A stretch of 64,000 nt of DNA from the human T2T-CHM13v2.0 reference genome, Homo sapiens. The notes under the pieces were generated by a model. That model was not told where the DNA came from. It was given only the letters and a program-made list of their open reading frames with translations, and did not search any database. A program made the translations under genes and the position numbers. Below, one piece after another: positions 28,343-42,385 of the stretch. Position 1 is the first letter of the stretch; each line of letters opens with the position of its first letter. The stretch lies in assembly GCF_009914755.1 (NCBI RefSeq), contig NC_060926.1. One strand, given 5' to 3'.

Positions 28343-31300
28343 TCAGGCGGCGGCCCAGGGCTCTGTCGGTGAGCTTAGGAGCCCCATGCAATGAGCCATC
28401 CTCTGCACTAGAATTTGTCGAGTGCCACTCTGCAGTGGTCTCTGATTAAAAATTAAACAAAATGAACTTCTCCCGCAGCCAACTGCACTTTCTCCTGTGT
28501 ATAAATACATGAGCACAAGCAGCCGGCTAAAGACAAAACAAGGTCGCTTTTGGCCGCACCAGTGAGCCAGCCTCCCATGCAGGCTGAGGGGTCCCCAGGC
28601 CTTGAGAGGGTCCCCAGGGCAGTGGTGGCAGCGGAACCGCCTTCGATAGCAGTCGCCTGATCACTCTGCAGCTCCGCTGGCTGCCAGAGCCAGTTTCTGT
28701 GGCCTGCCCACCAGAACAAAGGAAATCCGTGGATGGGCCCTGGTCACAGTCACGGTGTGGACAGGACTCTGTGGCCTCCAGCGGCCCTCAGGGTTCAGCT
28801 TGTGCCCTGTCCTCACTAACCCTGACTCCCAGCGCTCTTCCCAGGGAGCCTGCAGACAGAACTGGCTCTGCCCTGGGAAGAGGACAGGGCCTGATGGGCC
28901 TGAATGCCTGGCCCTGGGGCACAGGAACTGCCCAGACCTGAAAGAGCCTGGCAGTCACAGGTCAGCCTCCCTGAGCTGCACAGGAAGGCCCAGAGGGGAG
29001 AAGGGACTCGACCCACGTCTCCTGGCCGGAAAGTGGAGGACAGAGAGAGGGGCGGGAGCACCCGTCTATTGCTGCGTGTAACACACATGGCCCAGGCTGC
29101 TCCTGGCCACGGGGCTTCTTCCCTCCCCAAGTGCCATTTTCCTGCAGCGTAGACTGGGGCTCGCTGTGCGACGGGTCAGTGGCCGGGTGCGCGTGTTCGC
29201 GAAGCATTCTCGCGATGCCCGAGTGCGCATCAGAGGCGTCACTGTGGTGGGAGAAACACCTGGACCACGGTCCTTGCCCTGAGCTGCTTAGAAAACACAT
29301 ATTGGATTAACTTCTCAGAATAAAGATTCCCCACTAGTGAAACTGTGCAGACTGCGCTACTAACGCGGACACTCCTTGCACACCTGCTTTGATCCCACTC
29401 TGGCTCACAGTGACTGGCTCAGCCACAGGCCTTTGCTGGTGGGTTCTGAGGTGAGAGCATTTGGGGTCTGAGCCCCACGAGCTCACGGTCTAGTGAGAAG
29501 GTGAGTCGTGGCCCGAAACTATGATAAAGGAAGGCACCAGGGCCCGCCACATGGGACCAGCGGCCCTAAGGATTCCCTGCCATTTTTGAGCTGGACGTCA
29601 CGAGCCATATGCCCTGTGATGGAGGCCTCGGGTGCAAGCAAATCCACACCCACGCAAATGCAAATGGCTGTTTCCACCTAAGATGCAATGTCAACTTCAG
29701 ACTCGTGTCCAGGACTGAATCAGCGTCTCTGTGGCTGAGATACCTGAAGAGAGAGAAGCTGGCGGCCGTATTAGTAGGAAATCCCGTGGTTTCTCGGGGG
29801 AGAAGTTGATGCCGACAGATCTTTTCATTTTTCCCGGCCTCTGGTAGGTGGCCTGTGAATGGCTTCTCCTGAGGGTGCCCTTGATGGCTTCATCAGTCAG
29901 GGCCCTTAGCTCTCCCCTCAACTACCACACAAGCACAATTTCAGCAGCACCAAAATGACAACAGAAAGGCAATTCCAACATCACCATTTTCCACACGCTT
30001 ATTAAGCAGTAAGACACAACAGGGCATGAATTATTATGCAGTAACTCATGCCTAGAAGCCATTGCAGACACAAAAGTCGAAGGATTCATCATTATCATAT
30101 ATTCAGTTCTATTTTTCTTTTTCACGCTGTAAAAAAAATCATGCCTAAATCTTCTAAAACCATCATAGTTACATCAAAAAGTGGATTGGGCTATCAACTC
30201 CGACAGTTTAAAATAAACCAGCAGCTGAGCAGGAAAACCTCTTGAATGCTTTCCTCTAGGTTTAGAGTCTGTTACTGGTGATGATGATAAAGACCCTGCT
30301 TCTTATTCCAAAAAAAAAAAAAAAAAAAAAAGCAGAAAAGGAAGCTGCCCAGTGGAAAGGCCTGTGGGGCCGGGTGAGCCCCCTTGGGCATAGGCTGCCT
30401 GAAGACCCCGCTGGTCCATGGGTGCCACATCAGGAGGGTGGGAGGGCACACAGCAGTCTGAGGTCTGTCATGTGATGGCGCCGCTGGAGGGCCCCCAGCT
30501 GTGAGCCCTGAACCATGCGGCTCCAGGGGGTTGGCCAGGCTGGTTCATCAGCAAGTGTGACCGCACTTCGACTCTGTGCAGGGCACTGTGCCAAGCCCTG
30601 AGGACCCAGCAATGGACAGAGGTCCCCAGGCCTTCCTTTGTGGGGCTGACATGCTGGATAAGGAGTGTTGAGGAGAAGCCTGCAGAGGTGCATCTCAAAG
30701 ACCACTGGGAGGCAGGTGGACCCTACCAGTAGCACCCTTGAGGGCTGCTCCCTGACCAGGCCTGCTGCACACCACTGGCCCTCATTCCCCACCCTCTCCT
30801 GCTGCCAGGTGGGAGCAGCTCAGGGTTCTGTGGCCACCCATTCCTGGGAAGCTAAGGATGGCCCCAGGGCCACTGGTAGGCTGCCCTGAGAGTCTCCCTT
30901 ACCCTTGCTAGGGGCAGAGGCAGCCTCAGAGCCGGCAGGGCCGGCTCTTCCTCCACGTGCAGGCCCAGCACAGCCTAAAATCCAGGCCAGATTCTTGCTG
31001 TTGCAGTCCCACCACTCAGACACCCGTGCCCTCCCGTGCCCACCCAGCTCCCTGCCTGGCTGGCGCCCCCACCCCTCCAGGATTCAGGGGAGCCATCCTC
31101 TCTTCACCGCCCACTTGTGCTGGCAGATGCCCCATGCTGAGCTGCATGTTTCTGTCCCAGGCTGGCCTCTGTGAGCTTAGAGGTTATTGGCAATGCGTTT
31201 CCTCCCCGTCCCAGGCCTCTAGGCAGGGTACATGTTTGTGGGAGGGGCTCCCCAGACCTCCCATCTGGCATGGAGGGACTGAGTGGGTGGGTGGGTGCTG

Positions 31301-32525
31301 TGCCCGTAGTACAGTGCCCACAGAGAGAGGGTGAGAGCTGCTTACTGCACAGCCAGCTACTGCCCAACGCAGGTAGCTGGGTGGGCAGACACTGGGCCAT
31401 GATCTCGTGGGCCCTGTTGACAACAGCTGGAGCTGGAACACGCTCCCTGCTGAAGGCGGGACAGGGGCCCTGGCAGCCAGGTGGCCACTTCAGGGACGTC
31501 TATGCAGTGGAAGAGCCCAGAAACCGACTCAGGAACGAGGGAGGGAAGAGGCGAACCCGAACCCACAGGGAGCCGTGAGGCCTCAGGAGGGCGCCACCTG
31601 CCAAACTTGCGCTCCTGTATCTGCAGGAATTGTATTCGATGCTACTATCAAAAGCAAAGCGTTCTCGAAAACCCTTTGTAATCTGCAAAGTGTCCATCAT
31701 TCAGAAAGACATCGTTACGCTTTCCTCTTAATGAATTTATAGAAATAGGTGAAGACGACCAACTTACACCAAGCTTGAAGCTCTGGGGCTGATGCCCGAT
31801 GCCCTGGGGGCTGCCTAACTGGGGCCTGGGGCCACCCCTGCACTGCCCCTTCCTGCTCTCCCTTTCCACCTCCACCCTTCTCAGAGCAGCCTACAGAGTC
31901 TGACCTACACTGAGGGATTGGGCTCCTGCCCTTCCCAACACAGGGGGCACGGAGCCGCCACGGCCCCTTGGCTGGGATTAGCCCGTGTGTCCCCCTCACC
32001 AGAAATCAGCCCCTTCATGGGGCCGCCTCACACTCCCAGCCCAGCCCTGTGGGCTTTCAGGTAGGAGGCAGAGACCGCAGGGAGGGAGCTCCCAGAGATG
32101 CACCCCGTGGGCCACGCCCTCCCTGTCTCTTCCTCCTTCCCCGGAGGACCATGCTGGACAAAGTAGCAGCTCAATAAACATGTATTGGATTGCTCCGGAT
32201 CACAGTCAGGTCTAGGACTGCACATTTATCAATTCCTTTCCACGTCAACTCAATATAAGTCGGGGCAAGCCTCGTAAGATGTGAGAAGGGGAAGCTGCAG
32301 GGAGTGTCTGGAGCCCGGAGACAGGCCATGGGTGCCTGATCTGGAGGAGTGTGAAGGGAAACACCCAGGAAGCAGGGTCTGTTGAGTGCCTCAACACAAG
32401 GCTGCAACAGGTGGGACTTGACCTGCAAGTGCAGGAGCCAAGGGTGGGCAAGCATCTCCACACGTTTTGATTTTAAGGAAAATTATTCTTGTGACCACGC
32501 ACAGGGTGGGAGAAGGAGTGAGCCC

Positions 32526-35500
32526 ACTCGCTCACTATTCCAGCACCGACACGGGGACGCTCACTATTCCAGCACCGACGCGGGGCAGCGACATGAGGAT
32601 GCTCACCATTCCAGCAATGACACGGGGACGCTCACTATTCCAGCACCGACACAGGGACGCTCACTATTGCAGCACCGACACGGGGATGCTCACTGTTCCA
32701 GCAACGACACGGGGATGCTCACTATTCCAGCACCGACACGGGGACGATCACTATTCCAGCACCGACACGGGGACGCTCACTATTCCAGCACCGACAAGGG
32801 GCACCGACATGGGGACGCTCACTATTCCAGCACCGACACGGGGACGCTCACTATTCCAGCACCGAGACGGGGAGGCTCACTATTCCAGCACCCACACGAG
32901 ACACCGACCCGGGGACGCTCACTATTCCAGCACCCACATGGGGACGCTCACTATTCCAGCACTAACACGGGGATGCTCACTATTCCAGCACCGACACGGG
33001 GACGCTCACTATTCCAGCACCCACACGGGGACGCTCACTATTCCAGCACTAACACGGGGATGCTCACTATTCCAGCACCAACACGGGGACGTTCACTATT
33101 CCAGCACCGACACGGGGAAGCTCACTATTCCAGCACCGACAAGGGGCACCGACACAGGGACGCTCACTATTCCAGCACTGACACGGGGACGCTCACTATT
33201 CCAGCACCGACACAGGGACGCCCACTATTCCAGCACCGACACGGGGACGCTCACTATTGCAGCACCGACAAGGGGCACCGACATGTGGATGCTCACTATT
33301 CCAGCACTGACACGGGGACGCTCACTATTCCAGCACCGACATGGGGATGCTCACTATTGCAGCACCGACATGGGGACGCTCACTATTGCAGCATCAACAC
33401 GGGGACGCCCACTATTCCAGTATCGACGCGGGGACGCTCACTATTCCAGCACCGACACGGGGATGCTCACTATTCCAGCACCGACACGGGGACGCTCACT
33501 ATTGCAGCACCAACACGGGGATGCTCACTATTCCAGCACCGACACGGGGCACCGACACGGGGATGCTCACTATTCCAGCACCAACACGGGGACGCTCACT
33601 ATTCCAGCACCGACACGGGGCACCGACACGGGGATGCTCACTATTCCAGCACCGACACGGGGACGCTCACTATTGCAGCACGGACACGGGGACGTCCACT
33701 ATTCCAGCACCGACATGGGGACGCTCACAATTCCAGCACCGACACGGGGACGCTCACTATTGCAGCACGGACACAGGGACGTCCACTATTCCAGCACCGA
33801 CACGGGGACGCCCACTATTCCAGCACTGACACGGGGACGCTCACTATTCCAGCACCAACACGGGGACGCTCACTATTCCAGCACCGACACGGGGCACCGA
33901 TATGGGGACGCTCCCTATTCCAGCACCGACACGGGGACGCTCACTATTCCAGCACCGACACAGGGCACCGACATGGGGACGCTCACTATTCCAGCACCGA
34001 CGTGGGGACACTCACTATTCCAGCACCGACACGGGGACGCTCACTATTCCAGCACCAACACGGGGACGTTCACTATTCCAGCACGGACAGGGGGATGCTC
34101 ACTATTCCAGCACCGACAAGGGGCACCGACACAGGGACGCTCACTATTCCAGCACTGACATGGGGACGCTCACTATTGCAGCACCGACACGGGGACGCCC
34201 ACTACTGCAGCACCGACATGGGGACGCTCACTATTCCAGCACCGACACAGGGACGCTCACTATTCCAGCACCAACACGGGGATGCTCACTATTCCAGCAC
34301 CGACACGGGGACGCTCACTATTGCAGCACCGACACGGGGACGCTCACTATTGCAGCACCAACACGGGGCACCGACATGGGGACGCTCACAATTCCAGCAC
34401 CGACACGGGGACACTCACTATTGCAGCAACGACACGGGGACGCACACAATTCCAGCACCGACGGGGACGCTCACTATTCCAGCACCGACACGGGGACGCT
34501 CACTATTCCAGCACCGACACGGGAACACTCACTATTCCAGCACCGACACAGGAACACTCACTATTACAGCACCGACACGGGGAGGTTCACTATTCCAGCA
34601 CCGACATGGGGAAGCTCACTATTCCAGCACCGACACGGGGACGCCCACTAATCCAGCACCGACACAGGGACGCCCACTATTCCAGCACCGACACGGGGAC
34701 GCTCACTATTCCAGCACTGACACCGGGCACCGACACGGGGATGCTCACTATACCAGCACCGACATGGGGACGCTCACTATTCCAGCACCAATACAGGGAC
34801 GCCCACTATTCCAGCACCGACACGGGGACGCTCACTATTCCAGCACTGACACCGGGCACCGACACGGGGATGCTCACTATACCAGCACCGACATGGGGAC
34901 GCTCACTATTCCAGCACCAATACAGGGACGCTCACTATTCCAGCACCAATGCGGGGACGTTCACAATTCCAGCACCGACGCGGGGACGCTCACTATTCCA
35001 GCAGTGACACGGGGACGCTCACTATTGCAGCACCGACACGGGGCACCGACATGGGGACGCTCACTATTCCAGCACCGAGACAGGGACACTCACTATTGCA
35101 GCACCGACATGGTGATGCTCACTATTGCAACACCGACAAGGGGACGCTCACTATTCCAGCACCGACAAGGGGATGCTCACTATTCCAGCACCGACGTGGG
35201 GACACTCACTATTCCAGCACCGAAACGGGGACGTTCACTATTCCAGCACTGACACGGGGACGCTCACTATTCCAGCACCAACAAGGGGCACCGACATGGG
35301 GACGCTCACTATTCCAGCACCGACATGGGGACGCTCACTATTCCAGCACCAACACGGGGAGGCCCACTATTGCAGCACCGACACGGGGATGCCCACTATT
35401 GCAGCACCGACACGGGGACGCCCACTATTCCAGCACCGACACGGGAACGCTCACTATTCCAGCACCGACATGGGGACGCTCACTGTTCCACCACCGGCAC

Positions 35501-38500
35501 GGACCACCGACATGGGGATGCTCATTATTCCAGCACTGACACGGGGACGCTCACTATTCCAGCACCGACACGGGGACACTCACTATTCCACCACCGACAC
35601 GGGGATGCTCACTATTGCAGCACCGACACAGGGACGCTCACTATTCCAGCAACGATATGAGGACGCTCACTATTCTGCACCCACACGGGGACACTCACTA
35701 TTCCAGCACCGATGTGGGGACGCTCACTATTCCAGCACCGACACGGGGACGCTCACTATTCCAGCACCGACAAGGCGCACCGACACGGGGACGCTCACTA
35801 TTCCAGCACCGACAAGGGGCACTGACACGGGGATGCTCACTATTCCAGCACCGACAAGGGGCACCGACATGGGGATGCTCACTATTCCAGCACCGACAAG
35901 GGGCACCATCACGGGTACACTCACTATTCCAGCATCGACAAGGCGCACCGACACGGGGATGCTCACTATACCAGCACCGACACGGGGACGCTCGCTATTC
36001 CAGCACCGACAAGGGGCACCGACACGGGGAGGCTCACTATTCCAGCACCGACACGGGGACGCTCACTATTCCAGCACCGACATGGGGACGCTCACTATAC
36101 CAGCACTGACACGGGGACGCTTACTATTGCAGCACCAACAAGGGGCACCGACATGGAGATGCTCACTATTCGAGCACTGACAAGGGGCGCCGATACGGGG
36201 ACGCTCACTATACCAGCACCGACACGGGGACGCTCACTGTTCCAGCACCGACAAGGGGCACCGACATGGGGACGCTCACTATTCCAGCACCGACACAGGG
36301 ACGCTCACTATTGCAGCACCGACACAGGGATGCTCACTATTCTGGCACCGACACGGGGACGTTCACTATTCCAGCACCGACACGGGGACGCTCACTATTC
36401 CAGCATCGACAAGGGGCACCGACACGGGGATGCTCACTATTCCAGCACCGACACGGGGACGCTCACTATTCCAGCACCAACAGGGGGCACCGACACGGGG
36501 ACGCTCACTATTCCAGCACCGACACGGGGACGTTCACTATTGCAGCACCGACACGGGGACGCCCACTATTCCAGCACCGACACGGGAACGCTCACTATTC
36601 CAGCAGCGACTTGGGGACGCTCATTATTCCAGCACTGACACGGGGACGCTCACTATTCCAGCACCGACACGGGGACACTCACTATTCCAGCAACGACTTG
36701 GGGATGCTCATTATTCCAGCACCGACACGGGGACGCTCACTATTCCAGCACCGACACGGGGACACTCACTATTCCAGCAACGACTTGGGGATGCTCATTA
36801 TTCCAGCACCGACATGGGGACGCTCACTATTCCAGCACCGACACGGGGACGCTCACTATTCCAGCACTGACACGGGGATGCTCACTATTGCAGCACCGAC
36901 ACGGGGACGCCCACTATTCCAGCACCGACACGGGAACGCTCACTATTCCAGCACCGACTTGGGGACGCTCATTATTCCAGCACCGACACGGGGACGCTCA
37001 CTATTCCAGCACCGACACGGGGACGCTCACTATTCCAGCACCGACACGGGGATGCTCACTATTGCAGCACCGACACGGGGACGCTCACTATTCCAGCACT
37101 GACACGGGGCACCGACACGGGGACGCTCACTATTCCAGCAACGACACGGGGACGCTCACTGTTCAGCACCCACATGGGGACACTCACTATTCCAGCACCG
37201 ATGTGGGGACGCTCACTATTCCAGCACCGATGTGGGTACGCTCACTATTCTAGCACCCACACGGAGACGCTCACTATTGCAGCACCAACACAGAGCACCG
37301 ACATGGGGATGCTCACTATTGCAGCACCGACACAGGGATGCTCACTATTGCAACACCGAGAAGGGGACGCTCACTATTCCAGAACCGACACGGGGACGCT
37401 CACTATTCCAGCACCGTCGTGGGGACGCTCACTATTCCAGCACTGACACGGGGATTCTCACTATTCCACCACCCACAAGGGGAACCGACATGGGGACGCT
37501 CACTATTCCAGCACCAACACGGGGACGCTCACTATTCCAGCACCGACACGGGGACGCTCACTATTCCAGCACCAACACGGAGACGCTCACTATTCCAGCA
37601 CCGACAAGGGGCACCGACGGGGCCGCTCACTATTCCATCACCGACACGGGGACGTTCACTATTCCAGCACCAACACGGAGACGCTCACTATTCCAGCACC
37701 GACAAGGCGCACTGACACAGGGACGCTCACTATTCCACCACCGACAAGGGGCACCGACACGGGGACGCTCACTATTCCAGCACTGACAAGGGGCACCGAC
37801 ACGGGGACGCTCACTATTGCAGCATCGACAAGGGGCACCGACATGGGGACGCTCACTATTCCAGCACCGACAAGGGGCACCGTCACGGGTACACTCACTA
37901 TTCCAGCATCTACAAGGCGCACCGACACGGGGACGCTCACTATACCAGCACCGACACGGGGACGCTCACTATTCCAGCACCGACAAGGGGCACCGACACT
38001 GGGACGCTCACTATTCCAGCACCGACACGGGGACGCTCACTATTCCAGCACCGACAAGGGGCACCGACACTGGGACGCTCACTATTCCAGCACCAACACG
38101 GGGACGCTCACTATTCCAGCACCGACAAGGGGCACCGACACGGGACGCTCACTATTCCAGCACTGACAAGGGGTACCGACATGGGGACGCTCACTATTCC
38201 AGCACCGACAAGGGGCACCGTCACGGGTACACTCACTATTCCAGCATCGACAAGGCGCACCGACACGGGGATGCTCACTATACCAGCACCGACACGGGGA
38301 CGCTCACTATTCCCGCACCGACAAGGGGCACCGACATGGGGAGGCTCACTATTCCAGCACCGACACGGGGACGCTCACTATTCCAGCACCGACATGGGGA
38401 CGCTCACTATACCAGCACTGACACGGGGACGCTTACTATTGCAGCACCAACAAGGGGCACCGACATGGAGATGCTCACTATTCGAGCACTGACAAGGGGC

Positions 38501-40655
38501 ACCGATACGGGGACGCTCACTATACCAGCACCGACACGGGGACGCTCACTATTCCAGCACTGACAAGGGGCACTGACACGGGGACGCTCACTATTCCAGC
38601 ACTGACACGGGCACGCTCACTATTGCAGCACCGACACGGGGACGCTCACTATTCCAGCACCGACACGGGGATGCTCACTATTCCAGCACTGACAATGGGG
38701 ACGCTGACTATACGAGCACCGAAACGGGGACGCTCACTATTGCAGCACCCACAAGGGGCACCGACACGGGGATGCTCACTACTGCAGCACCGACACGGGG
38801 ACGCTCACTATTCCAGTACCCACACGGGGACACTCACTATTCCAGCATCGATGTGGGGATGCTCACTATTCTAGCACCGATGTGGGGACGCTCACTATTC
38901 CAGCACTGACACGGGGACGCTCACTATTCCAGCACTGACAAGGGGCACTGACACGGGGACGCTCACTATTCCAGCACTGACACGGGCACGCTCACTATTG
39001 CAGCACCGACACGGGGACGCTCACTATTCCAGCACCGACACGGGGATGCTCACTATTCCAGCACTGACAATGGGGACGCTGACTATACGAGCACCGAAAC
39101 GGGGACGCTCACTATTGCAGCACCCACAAGGGGCACCGACACGGGGATGCTCACTACTGCAGCACCGACACGGGGACGCTCACTATTCCAGTACCCACAC
39201 GGGGACACTCACTATTCCAGCATCGATGTGGGGATGCTCACTATTCCAGCACCGATGTGGGGACGCTCACTATTCCAGCACTGACACAGGGACGCTCACT
39301 ATTGCAGCACCGACACGGGGCACCGACACGGGGACGTTCACTATTCCAGCACCGACGTGGGGACGCTCACTATTGCAGCACCGACAAGGGGCACCAACAC
39401 GGGGATGTTCACAATTCCAGCACCGACATGGGGACGCTCACTATTCCAGCACCGACACGGGGATGCTCACTATTCCAGCACCGACGTGGGGACGCTCGCT
39501 ATTTCAGCACCGACAAGGGGCACCGACACGGGGACGCTCACTATTCCAGCACCGACAAGGGGCACCGACATGGGGACACTCACTATTCCAGCACCGACAC
39601 GGGGACGTTCACTATTTCAGCACCGACACGGGGACGATCACTATTCCAGCACCGACACGGGGACGTTCACTATTTCAGCACCGACACGGGGACGATCACT
39701 ATTCCAGCACCGACACGGGGACGCTCACTATTCCAGCACCGACAAGGGGCACCGACATGGGGACGCTCACTATTCCAGCACTGACAAGGGGCACCGATAC
39801 GGGGACGCCCACTCTACCAGCACCGACACGGGGACGCTCACTATTGCAGCACCGACAAGGGGCACCGACATGGGGACGCTCACTATTCCAGCACCGACAC
39901 GGGGCACCGACATGGGGACGCTCACTATTCCAGCACCGACACGGGGTCGCTCACTATTCCAGCACCGACACGGGGACACTCACTATTCCAGCACCGACAT
40001 GGGGCACCGACACGGGGACGCTCACTATTCCAGCACCGACACGGGGATGCTCACTATTCCAGCACCGACAAGGGGCACTGACAGGGGGACACTCACTATT
40101 CCAGCACCGACACGGGGACGCTCACTATTCCAGCACCGACACGGGGCACCGACACGGGGACGCTCACTGTTCCAGCACCGATACGGGGCACCAACATGAG
40201 GACGCTCACTATTGCAGCACCGATACAGGGATGCTCACTATTCCAGCGCTAATACGGGGACGTTCACTATTCCAGCACCGACACGGGGACGTTCACCATT
40301 CCAGCACCAACACGGGGACGTTTACTATTCCAGCACCGACAAGGGGCACTGACAGGGGAATGCACACTATTCCAGCACTGACACAGGGATGCTCACTATT
40401 CCAGCACGGACACGGGTCACTGACACAGTGACGGTCACTATTCCAGCACGGACAAGGGGCACCGATATGGGGACGCTCACTATTCAAGCGCCGACATGGG
40501 AACACTCACTAGTATTCCAGTGTTCCCAACACGGGAACACTCACTTCTCAGTAACGCTCACCGCTATTCCAGCGTTCCCAACACAGGGACGCTCAGCGCT
40601 ATTCCAGCGTTCCTGACACGGGGATGCTCTCCAGTATTCCAGCACTGACATGGAA
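32526..40655 (+). repeat. Giant CpG-rich minisatellite (~8.1 kb): 29-bp unit GCTCACTATTCCAGCACCGACACGGGGAC mixed with 42-bp units carrying an extra CACCGACA(A/C)GGGG
   Basis: Directly visible, on the order of 250 units (estimate). Sharp left edge; degenerate right edge at 40400-40655. Confidence 0.98.
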
Positions 40656-41769
40656 GCCCATGTAAACCAGGAAATGGGGCTCCTTCCTCCATCAGGCAGC
40701 CCGGGGGCTGGATTCCAGGACACAGTAAGGGAAGGAGGAGACACAGGGAAAGGCCCCAAGGCTATGACACTGGAGCTGGCTTTCAAGAATGAGCAGAATT
40801 TCACCAGGTGGAGGAGGACTTCCAAAGGATTTGCAAAGAAGAGCCAATCTAGACAAAGGTGATCTGACGCGTCGTTAGGAATGGTCGCTCATCTGTTTGA
40901 TCAGAATGTCAGCTATGACAGAGATGCGGGGATGTCCATGAAAAGCCAGGCTGGGTCAGAGGACCGTGATTGATGGTTAGTTGATTGATTGATTTAATAA
41001 ACCCTCATTAACTGCTATTACACATAAGGCAGCATTTCAAACCAGAAACTCGCAGGCTGTTCCCTATGTGATTTTTAGTGCCTCTTCAATAAGCCATGCA
41101 GAAATCCAATCAGCAAGGCTCAGTAAACACTAGTCAATCACAATCCTCATCGTCACTTCCTGAGACCATAAAGCGCATGACGGTGTAACTGCTGGGGCAT
41201 CTGTGATAGGCTCCGAGCCCCTGCATTGTTCTGGAAGCTCGGCCACTCTACTGGTGCATGGGACATGTTTTTAAGGTTATCTTACATTAGAAAAGTGAGT
41301 ATCAGGAGAAGTCAAAAAGACAAAACCTGTCAACGGAGGGGTGCAGTCAGTTACGGAGCCATTTTTCTTGATTCTTAGGAAATGGCCTTCTATGTACTGC
41401 TTTCTATTTGCAAAATAGTCACATTGAATTCACTGGTAGCACAGAATACCTTTGGAAGTTCCATTTTAATCCATCTCTATTTAGGGGATCTTGCTTTTAA
41501 ATGACCCAGCTTATGGCTTTCAATGTCTCAAAGGAATTAAGAACTTTCATTTTTCACATATTTCATACAAATATACAAGGCAGTATTTCAATTATCCTTT
41601 CGTCTCTCCATCAAGCACTTTATCTTGAGATAGACTAAGAGCTTTGGGTTATTTACTGAAAGTGAGGACCCAATTCTAGAAATGTTCCAAACTCGGCATC
41701 TCCTCATTCAGCCTTTAGGGGTAAGATTACCAGACCCAATGACGCCTACTAGTGTTTTAAGATACGAAC

Positions 41770-42385
41770 CACTGTCCCATCCACTTGCCCACCCACCCAT
41801 CCATCCCCTTCCAACCACCCACCCACTTACCCCATCCAACCACACACCCACCTACATACCTATCCATCCACCTACTCACCCACCCATCATCCATCCACCC
41901 ATCCAGCCACCCACTCACCTATCCACCCCCATCCAACCACCACCCACCCACTCACCCCATCCAACCACCCATCCATCTACACACCCATCCACCTACCCAC
42001 CCACCCCTCACCCTCATCCACTCACCATCCACCCACCCAGGTATCCATCCACCCACCTATGCATCCATCCACCCACTCACCTACCTATCCATCTACCCAC
42101 CCATCCACTGACCCACTATTCATTCACCCACCCATCCAGCCACCCATGCACCATCCACGTAACTGTCCATCCACCCATCCACTCACCCATCCACTATTCA
42201 TCACCTACCCCCCACCCACCCGCCCGCCATCCACCCACTCACCCATCTACCCACCCATTCACCAATCCATCCACACATCCATTCATCCATCAACCCATCC
42301 ACCCACCTGTACCCACCCATCCACTATCCACTCACCCACCCAATCTGTCCATCCACCCTTCTACCCACCCACCTATCCAACCCAG
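41770..42385. repeat. (CCAT/CCAC)n low-complexity repeat
   Basis: Long run of ccatccacccaccc-type units. It produces the Pro/His ORF artefacts. Confidence 0.92.

Noticed and set aside
30478-30496. CTCF-like motif ccgctggagggccc (and weak matches in the 38-bp VNTR)
   Set aside because: Mismatches at core positions, and such matches are expected by chance in GC-rich DNA.
32382-40431. Long ORFs (956, 563, 477 aa and others) as genuine protein-coding genes
   Set aside because: They lie entirely within the minisatellite, are open in all three frames and have no gene structure. Kept only as a speculative finding, not as CDS.
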